A DNA stretch of 63,078 nt, filler included, from Bipalium vagum (lineage: Eukaryota), in assembly GCA_037834085.1 (NCBI GenBank). It is 3 parts of 3 records of this genome, joined end to end, with 100 filler letters (N's around TTAATTAATTAA, not from the genome) between each part and the next. Parts side by side here need not be neighbours in the genome. Positions count along the whole stretch, not along the records: positions 45,269 to 63,078 come from JBBMKC010049845.1; 2 more parts are not named here. One strand, 5' to 3'. The notes under the pieces were generated by a model that saw only the letters and a list, made by a program, of their open reading frames with translations, was not told where the DNA came from and ran no database searches. Numbering within the stretch: the first letter of the stretch is position 1; every line of letters starts with the position of its first letter. Below, piece after piece: positions 54,377-63,078 of the stretch. A program made the position numbers and the translations under genes.

Positions 54377-54869
54377 TACAATAAAATGGACAGGAAATAT
54401 TTATTATAATGAAGTTTAATATACAAATATAATTGTTTATGGAATCATAGATATAGAAGAAGTAAAAATATTAGGATCATTTCCTAAAAATGTATTTCAA
54501 AAATCATCATTTTAATTTTTATAAGAGTGTGTATTTTATTAGCTCACATTTAATGTATATTTTATTAAAATCGGATAAGCATATTAAAATTTATTAAAAG
54601 TTAAAGATTATAACATGGTTTTATTTGTGTTAATTACTTTTAATTAATTAATTAAAATTTTTTTAGAAATATAATATTCAGTATTTCAATAAGAGATATA
54701 TTTTGTTAAAAATGAAAAGAGAATAGTTTTATCATTATTTAAATCAAAAAAGTTTACTGAAATATTATTTTGTTTATTAAATTTATTAATTATTATTAAT
54801 TTATTAAGCCTTAAAGAAAACTCAATATCACTTAAATTAAATTTTTTTATATACATGTTCTTGTCACTG

Positions 54870-54995
54870 CATAGTATGGGGATCGTTTTCTAGAGATGGT
54901 TACAGTAATTTGATTAGAATTCAACAGCGGCTTAATTCTGTAGGATATGTTGAACTTTTAGGACAGAATCTTCTTCCTTTCGTCGATCAAATGAT
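54870..54995 (+). mobile_element. Short Tc1/Tc3 catalytic fragment
   Basis: IVWGSFSRDGYSNLIRIQQRLNSVGYVELLGQNLLPF. Confidence 0.5.
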
Positions 54996-55928
54996 ATATA
55001 TATCAGATATATTTTCAATTTTATTGTAACCTAATATTTTATAATTATTAAAATATAGATTACTATCTAAAAATTGATAATCAATTTTGAAATAACTTTT
55101 CTAATAAATTTACTTTGTCTTCTAATTCATTTAGGGATTTTACTTTTTGACTAGATTTCATATTTTGATTCTAAGAATTTGTTAATCTAATAATTATAAC
55201 TTTTAGCAGTATTTAAATTCTCTATTATTTAAATTGCTATTTTTACGTATTGTTGAATTTTGAGGTAGTTCATCAAATAAGTTTATTTGATTATAATTAT
55301 TAATTAATGTATTTTATTCAAATGTTCCTTTGATTTTGATGGGATAATAAAGCTGGTTTGGTTTAAAATATTTATTAGAAATATCACAATGAAATGCGCC
55401 CAGTTTGGTATCATTCATTTTCATAATAAATTATTATATATTATTATTAATAATACTTTTACATTCTTCTTTTTTATGATTATTATGAGAAGTTATAATT
55501 AAATAGGAAAAGAAGGAGAGCGATCAATGATCAAAGAATGACAAAACATATTTCATCTTTGACAAATGAAATGAGGATTTACGGTTAAATTCATTGGCTA
55601 ATCATTTTGTAGTCATCAAAGTGTTAAAAACTATTGATTATAAAATGTTAAATAAATTTCCTTCTTAATTTTTATTTTCAAATGTTTCCAGTTCTTTTAG
55701 GTTGTAATTTATCATTTCTCAAAAGTATAATCAATCTTAGCTTCATAAAAATAAACAAAAGCCGTATTAAGTAAATTCAGGCTGCTTAAGTTCTAATTTT
55801 CAACTGTCCTTCAGTTTATATCTCGTGATTCTTCATGAAAATAAGAATATCAAATTATACTTCAACTTTTTATAATAATGAGAAAAAGAAAAACACAAAA
55901 ATAAACAAAACATAACTAAGAACATATA

Positions 55929-57242
55929 CAGGGTGCTTCAGCTATTTGAGGATAAAAGTTGTTAAAATATATCATGATAATTTTTTAGTGGCGCTAAAAT
56001 CGACTTGCAATATTTATTGATGCAGCATTAAAAAATTATTTTTTTTATTTAGAAATGAAAGGTATAACTTTTGAATTAACACAAGAAATGAAAAGGCACG
56101 CAGTTATTGTTGCATTAGCTCCCGGATATAGTGACACAGAAAATTTTCAAATTTCTTAATGTGGCCAAATCGTTTGTCAATAAAATTAGAAAGAAATGTT
56201 TGGCATCTGATCGAAATGTCTAAAAGACATTTCTATATCTAAAAAGAAAATCACATTCCTCACGTTCAGACATTGTCAGAAATGTTAATTTTGTTCAAAA
56301 AATCCAGGATGTTGTTCATGAAAGTCCCGGAACATCAATTACAGAAATTGGTTATCGACTATCGGTTACTGAGTCAACAGTAAGACGAACGGTACACAAT
56401 GATTTAAAATGCAAGTCCTACGTCATGAGAAGAAGACATTTTGTGTCGGCAAAAAGAAAAGAAAATCGTTTAATCCGCTCTAAGTGTTTTTTAAACAAAA
56501 TCAAGCATCCTGATCATCCAAACATGCTATGGTTCTTTTCTGATTAAAAACGTTTTACTCAATATCAAAAGGTTAATAGGAGGAATGATCGATGACTGTG
56601 CTCAAGTGTTTCTGAAGTCCCTAATGTTATGCACACCAAGTTGCCATCATCTTTAATGATATTAAGTGTTGTGAGCAACGAAGATCATGTTATACCTCCG
56701 TATTTCTTTCCACAGGGACTTAGAATTATTGCATCTCTTTATATCGGGTGTCTGGATACATATGTGAAGCCCTGGATTGAAAAAAAATGCACACGGAAGG
56801 CCTTATGTTTTCCAACAAGACTCAGCTCCCTGCTATACAGCATTAAAAAGACAAAAATGGCTATCGCTAAATTTTAACGACCATTTCACTCCAAAATTAT
56901 GGCCACTTAGCTCACCCGATTTAAATACTTTGGACTACTTCGTATGGGGCGTCGTAGAGAAGAAGAGCAAACATCCTCATAATACCAAAGATTCATCACG
57001 GGCTTTTATAAGTCCTGCTATGATAAATATGAACAAAAACAATTTGATCACGGGTTGTAAGCTTTTCAGAAGTCGTCTTGAAGCTGTAATTGACACTGAA
57101 GGCGATTTTATTGAATAAATAAAACTTGTGGACTTAAAACAAATAAAGATTCTAATATTGCTTCAAAATATACATTCTTTTCATTAAACATATTATTTAC
57201 TTTTAATATAAATTTTTGTCCTCAAATTGTTGACGCACCCTG
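55929..57242 (+). mobile_element. Full-length degenerate DD37D (maT/Bmmar1-like) transposon, 1314 bp
   Basis: 29-bp TIRs CAGGGTGC(T/G)TCA(G/A)C(T/A)ATTTGAGGA(T/C)AAAA, TA on both flanks; WFFSD*KRF, FQQD-x37-D (WPLSSPDLNTLDYFVWG), SRLEAVIDTEGDFIE*. Confidence 0.92.
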
Positions 57243-57379
57243 TATTTGTATCATAAAATATTTTATTTCCCTTCTCAATCATTAATAAAATAATGTTAAT
57301 GATAAAATAAATAATAAATATATTAATGAAAAAAATTAAAACCAATTCTTGATTCTGTAATTGTAACGCTTGCCAAGTT

Positions 57380-59340
57380 TTCACTGTAACGATAGAATTT
57401 CCATTAGTGTCTTTTTATGGATTGGAAAGCATCGTCGTAACATCGTCTAACATCACCTAATACTTCTTCCAATGCCCATCCTTTCGACAGGTATTCTGTG
57501 AAAAATTTTCGGTAGTAATTACATTTTCCGAAGAAAATTTACGTATCTTGGTCTCTGAAATGTTTGGCTAGTCCGTCCTTATCCCTTCTTGATCAATTAT
57601 GTGTCCCAGGAACGTTACCTGCTTCTGTAACAAAATACATTTGCTTAGGTTTGCTCGTAAACCAGATTTTGTTATTTTTTGTTGAACGATGTCAAGTGCC
57701 TTGTCGTGTTATCTGAATATATTAAATTTTCGTCCATATATACCATAACACCCTGAACTCATGTTATCACCGTTATCATGAGGTATTAAAAGTGCCACAG
57801 CTATTCCAAACGTCATCCTAGTAAAACACTACGGTGTTTTTTTGAAAGCTTTCTTTTCCTGTGACGAATCATCCAATTATACCTGGTAATATAGATAGCC
57901 CAGATCGACCGTACTGAAATATCGAGTTCCTCATAGATTGTCTAGTAATTCTTTGGTATATGGCATTTTGAATGATTGTCTCTCTGATGTCAAGTTCAAT
58001 TTCCTGAAATTTAAGCAAAACTGCAATTTTTCTTTTTTCCACACACATACATACAAGTGGAGAGTTTCACCTTCAATTGCATTAATTAAGCTCAGTATCG
58101 TCTCATTTATCTTACTTTCTAGGTGTATTGTCTGCTTTCATGGTCTCGTGTTGATTGGGACCACTTGTTACAGTTTTGTATTTCTCAAGTCTGGTGCTTC
58201 AATATCCCATTCGTCAGCCTTGAAGGCTGTTTTACTTTTTTATCACTCTTACTAGATCTGCATTGTCTTTTATTTTAAGAATCTTCAGTGGTCTTCTTTT
58301 TCTTTCGTCATCTGATACTATTCTCAAAAACTTTGTTTCTAAAACGCATAAATGAGCAAATGTTTTGTCAATGGCATCGTTTGTGATTTTACATAGTTGG
58401 AACTCGAATGTCCTTAGAAAGTCGAGCTCTTCCATTTTGGGAATTGTTCCTGGTTTTTCTCTTATACATCTCATCGCCTTCACTGAGACGAATTTGTTCG
58501 CATTTACGGCTGTGATAATGTGCTAATGATAATTCTGTGCCTCAAGTTCCTTCGTAGTACTCTATTAACCTTGAAAAGCATACATGTTTGACAATTGTAA
58601 TCTCTGAATTCTCTTATCTTTCTTATCCTCCAGAGGACAGTTTGACATCCTTCTGCAATGCGGCACTTAAGCGTATATTTTACACATTTTACATTGGTAC
58701 AAGACCTTCTAATATGCGCAACATTCTTGTTATGTTGTTGAACAATTTTGTCAAACGTAGGTTCAACGTATATGTTTTGTTTCTGTCTTGTATTCTATAC
58801 TTTGAATACTCTGGCTAACTGTTGTCCTGTTTGTGGTGAGTGATAATTCTTATAACATTTCTGTATCTTTTTCTAACGGCGTTTATAGTATCCATTTTTT
58901 CTATTCTGTCCAGATTTTCTATATACTGGATGATCCATTCCAAGTCATTAATGTTATGCAACGTGGTACTTTTCTTTATTTCCTTGTTTTTGCTGCAATA
59001 AAGTAAAAATTATTTGTACTATATTTAAATTATCACATATTTAAATTTAAATTGTAAATAAAAATTGTCATATAATTAATATGATCCTGCCAATCTTCGC
59101 CTTTGTCGTATCTGGTTCTGAGGGAATTATCAGATAGACTCACCATCAACAGGTCTTTCGTAACGCCAGCAGAAAAAAATCTTACATTGATCAATAAGCC
59201 TCTCAATGTCATCGCCATTCCTGTAAGTCTTAGACGTAGCGAGCAGGTTCCGAGTCTAGGTGTGGTCGCCAAATTAGCCACTGAAACTGACTCTAAATTA
59301 ATTTTCATTAATGATACGGTTTTCAAAAAGTATATATATT
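57380..59340 (-). mobile_element. Decayed Ty3/gypsy LTR retrotransposon (RT remnant, probable gag region, possible PBS)
   Basis: Minus strand: GTRYFSTVDLGYLYYQV*LDDSSQEKKAF, RMTFGIA, VMVYMDENLIYS, KSGLRANLSKC...VTFLGHII; PBS-like TGGCGACCAC at 59271-59262. Confidence 0.75.
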
Positions 59341-59892
59341 AGTCTTATTTCAAATGAGTTACATAAAGTTTAAAAATATAAAAATGTTGGTAATTCTCGA
59401 GAGTTTCACACTTTCTAAATAATTATTGAAAATAAATGTTATGGTTCAACCCTAAAATCAAATAATTTTTGTTTTTATTCCTTCATTTCGAAAGGATTTA
59501 TTGTTCGTAGTTCAAATAACAATTAGATTAGTGAATTACAATTCATAAAGGACCTTTGAGATACTGACATTTATTTCAGTTCGAAAGGATTCTGATCTTA
59601 AAAATAATAATTAAAAATATTTGGGGAATTTTTCTTAAGAGGATTGTTGTTATAGTAGACTCTTAGTTTTGTAAATCATATATCCTTGTACATTTTTTAT
59701 TTAATTCCAATATACTAATAAAAGTTGAGTCTTAGTTATTTGATATTTAATCTATTATTTTTTTAAGCAAAAATTCTTTCACAGTTAAGCTTTTAATCTG
59801 TTCCAGATTTAATTAAGAGATGAACAAATAATAAATTATATATATAATGACAATAAAAACAAAACAATATTTGAATAATTTATGATATAAAT

Positions 59893-59966
59893 AAATATAA
59901 AATAAAATGATGCTACACATCAAATATAAAATAAAATGATGCAACACATCAAATATAAAATAAAAT
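59893..59966. repeat. Tandem repeat, 29-bp unit x about 2.5
   Basis: AAATATAAAATAAAATGATGC(T/A)ACACATC repeated. Confidence 0.8.
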
Positions 59967-62129
59967 TAATATGATGACATCTATGTAGGAGGAAGTTGGT
60001 AACAGTGGGATTACGTCATTGATGAATTAAACATCATTAAAAGGAAATTAAATGAAAGTAAGATGATGCCATCAGAAGGTAAATTGTAAAATCTAGTATA
60101 AATACACAACTAAAAACCATAATTTTGCTTTTCAAAATTCTAACTTTTTAGTTTATCAGAACTAAAAGTTGATTTGAAAAACTTTACAAAATGATTTTAT
60201 CACAACTTACAACAAAAATAATTTTTTTAAGAACAAAAAACGTAAGTGAATTATTATATTCATTTCTGCTAATTAATCCTACACTGATCGTGAATATCAT
60301 TTTTTGTTTATGGTTTTATTATATACTGTTATTTTATTTATACTGTTTTATAGTTAACATGGTTCTATGTAATGCTCGGACAATAATATTAATCCTTTTT
60401 ATCTTAGATTAACCTACAATATTGGTGCTATACTCAATGTTTGATTCAGACATCACCAGTGAACTCATTGAACTTTAGGTGATTCGCTTGAGTGTCTTAT
60501 TTAAGTCATACTTGTGTTGGGTATTCACCTGATAATAATAAAAAATGAATTTGAATATTAATTTGAAAAATGATCTTTATAACTTTTTATATTGTATATT
60601 CTTTAAGTTATTATTACTTGGACAGATTTCATTTTGAATCGTGAAATGCTATTTTCTGTCGAACACGCTAGATGGAGTTCAATCATCAGATCAGAAAGGG
60701 AACTCGTTGATGGTTTGGGTGCCTAGCTCCAAACCGGATCGGAGAGACGTTTTTTCCTTTTTATTTATTTGTACTCATTTAAGTGCCTAGGTGGTTTCTC
60801 TAAACAGTTACAAAGGGCTTATATCTGGGCTCACCAACTCCAAAGTGTAAATAATAAAAGATTCACGAATAAACAAAGCGATTAACAACATAAGGTATAT
60901 TTGTTATCACAAATAAAAGGTTAGATCTTTTATGCAAAATTGATATTTACAAATAGAAAAATAATTATTTAGTTAATTAAATACCTCGACTTTTTGATAG
61001 TCGAAGAAGTTCTGTTAACAAAATGCGTATTCTGAAAGCCTAGAGCGAAGCAGAATCGAATGAGCGAGAGAACAATAAAAAATATAAGAAAATCTTAAAA
61101 AAGTTATTGATGAGAAGAATTTATTTTTATTACTAATAAACGTTAATTAGTTAATTATTTTAATTTAACTCTATCTGTAAAGATTGGAAATTAATACAAA
61201 TCCCTTACCCCCATTATTACCAGCTGTTTAAAACTTATATACTTAACTTACATTCTGGAGCTTCTCATTGGCTCTTTTCCAACTTTCCAATAATAGATTC
61301 ATCTGTGAGCGGTTGGTATTTTAGGTAAGCTTTATATTATATAACTTTCTATATTTAGTAATTTACCCACTGACTTACTCACACATCCTTTATTTATGGA
61401 AAGTTTCTTTATTTTTTAAGTTATCAGAAGTTTGTGAAAGTTTTTTTTGAGGTTTGTCTGGGTTCAGTATGGTTTTTTTTACCAGTTTTACTGTAGATCC
61501 AAAGACTAATAGCACTGTATTTTCAAAGTTATTTATTACAATTGTCTACTGGCATATTTTTATCTTTAGTCAAATATTTTTTATTATTGCTATCATTTCA
61601 TAAGCTTGATTTGTGTCTTCTCAATTAATTGATATTGTCGCACTTGTCTTATTACGATGTCATTATAATTTCGATCAGTAGCTTATTGTTGGAAACGGAC
61701 TGAACATAAGACAAGAATCTGTTGGTTTTTATGTCAACTGAGAGTAAAGAAGCGACTTGGGTATAATCTGATGTGTGTGTGACAAACTTGAATCTGATTG
61801 TGGGTTATTTGGTAATTAATATTAACGTTTCTGTAATTATTTTTATTTCCGAAAAAGAATAAAAATTATTATTGTTGGATATAATATATATATATATATT
61901 CCATGGAGTTATTGTAGAATCTAACCATACGAAAGATTTGGAAGTCAGAATAAATATTACACTGGATTGGATTAAATATATTGTTGGGTTTACCTAAGAC
62001 ATCCCCCGGGGAAATATAACTAAGTAAAATTAATATTAAATAAAATAAATAAAAAATAAATATTAAGGATCATAATAAATTAATTTTTAGGGAATTGTTA
62101 GGTAATTTTAGAATTTTAAGTACAATTTT

Positions 62130-63030
62130 GAGAATATCTCAAGAATATTTCCCAGATGAAGATCAGTCCCAAACAGTATATAAGCAAAGGGATTTTAGTA
62201 GATTTTAATTTCCGAAATTAATAATCGATATTGAAACATTTGAAACATTTTACATACCAGACGTGCTAGTATCCCCCAAAGATTTTCTATGGGATTCAGA
62301 TGTGGTGAATAGGGCAAGACATAACATCGATATTTCTGTCTTGTAGCCATTGCGAAGTGGAACGAGCAACATGACATCGAAAATTATCCTGTTGGAAAAT
62401 TGGTTTGTCTCCGTCAAAATCATTCATAAAGAGAAGTAAATGTTTTCCTAAAAGCATTTGATAATCAGATTGATTTAGCCTGCAGGTAATAATCGCGAGA
62501 GTCGACGTCCAGTGGTAATTGAAACAAACCCAAATCAACAAGGAAGCTTCTCCAGTGTGTCTATTCGAAAAAGATATTTCCTCCTTTTGCAAATCTTGCC
62601 AATAACATGCGTAACCATTTGATCCATCCAAATTAAACTTCTTCTCGTCACCCCAGATGACAATTTCCCACTCGGTGACTCACGACATTTTCTCTTTAGC
62701 TCAGCAGACACGATTGACTTTATGTTGTGGCTTCAAAGGGGGTTTTAACAACATTCTTCTTTTACCGGATCGTCCCAGATTTATTTAAAATCTTTCTAAT
62801 CTCTACGGATCAATTTAGCTTGAATTGCGTTTTTATTTTCGCACAAGACATGCTTTGGTTGTTGGCATTCCTAATAATTGAACGCTTCGTTGCTGCGGAA
62901 ATCGTTGCCTTAGGACCTCGTGTCTTCTTTTCTTTATTTTTATTCTTCAAAAAGTATCTTAACTACTTTCATTCTTCCTTCATTCTCCCTTCTCGATGTC
63001 GGTTAATCTTTGAATTTTACTCATCTTACT
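62130..63030 (-). mobile_element. Degenerate Tc3-like (DD34E) transposon
   Basis: IWGDEKKFNLDGSNGYACYWQDLQKE, LLIWVCF, IFQQDNFRCH, PYSPHLNPIENLWGILAR. Confidence 0.85.
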
Positions 63031-63078
63031 AAATAATTTTTTTAAATCTTAGTATTCGATAGACAGAAGTACTTACAT

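Larger units (their letters stand above)
50493..54515 (+). mobile_element. Maverick/Polinton-type rve integrase pseudogene in three pieces (about 50493-50900, 52841-53138, 54379-54515)
   Basis: KVKVFNKDDIWCVDL, LTVIDLY, WVDEGTEFYN...[hAT]...NEIKIYLTENEENFAVIERFNKTLK, KPRFNISDKVQI...[mariner]...KWT...ILGSF..NVFQK*. Reconstructed spacing is D(33)E. Confidence 0.85.

Noticed and set aside
60620-60750. Hammerhead-ribozyme-like CTGATGA...stem...GAAA on the minus strand and a GGTTTGG/CCAAACC hairpin
   Set aside because: GAAA does not directly follow stem II and no convincing stem I, stem III or cleavage triplet is present; probably part of a decayed LTR-like repeat.
924-63032. Many short hydrophobic or F/I/L/K/N-rich ORFs in the track (e.g. 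924-1121, 2638-2820, 26946-27191, 60191-60412, 62727-63032)
   Set aside because: They are compositional by-products of AT-rich DNA or antisense/alternate frames of transposon remnants, with no motifs or splice support.
1-63078. CRISPR arrays, operons, prokaryotic defence systems, rRNA/tRNA genes, alternative genetic code
   Set aside because: No regularly spaced repeat-spacer array or RNA-gene signature was seen; genes have spliceosomal introns, and conserved genes end at standard TAA/TGA stops.

Overview
This is very AT-rich (roughly three-quarters A+T by eye) intron-containing animal genomic DNA, not prokaryotic. It consists of three pieces (1-27266, 27367-45168, 45269-63078) joined by two identical artificial 100-nt spacers (N44-TTAATTAATTAA-N44). 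Repeat families shared between pieces suggest a single organism, most likely a planarian/triclad flatworm (inference from the neuropeptide below). Host genes reconstructed by hand-splicing: (i) the last three exons of a class I GLUT/SLC2A sugar transporter; (ii) a complete 3-exon, 74-aa neuropeptide prohormone that the ORF track misses (minus strand 23890-24443; signal peptide, KR/KK sites, peptides QRYITGGIRY and YLTGGIRY, resembling planarian 1020HH); (iii) an intron-containing, divergent histone H2A variant with macroH2A-like residues but no macro domain; (iv) a complete 3-exon PP6 catalytic subunit; (v) tentative exon chains of unknown genes. Most remaining sequence is decayed transposons (mariner, DD37D maT, rosa-like, Tc1/Tc3, hAT, Chapaev, Ty3/gypsy, MITEs). 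The most structured mobile locus is an endogenous Maverick/Polinton (adintovirus-like) remnant at about 50.2-54.5 kb. In it a parvovirus-type PLA2 domain lies in the same frame as the start of a D(33)E integrase. The integrase is interrupted by a hAT element (8-bp TSD, itself carrying a mariner fragment) and by a full-length Mos1-like mariner. All family assignments come from motif recognition and recollection, with no database search.
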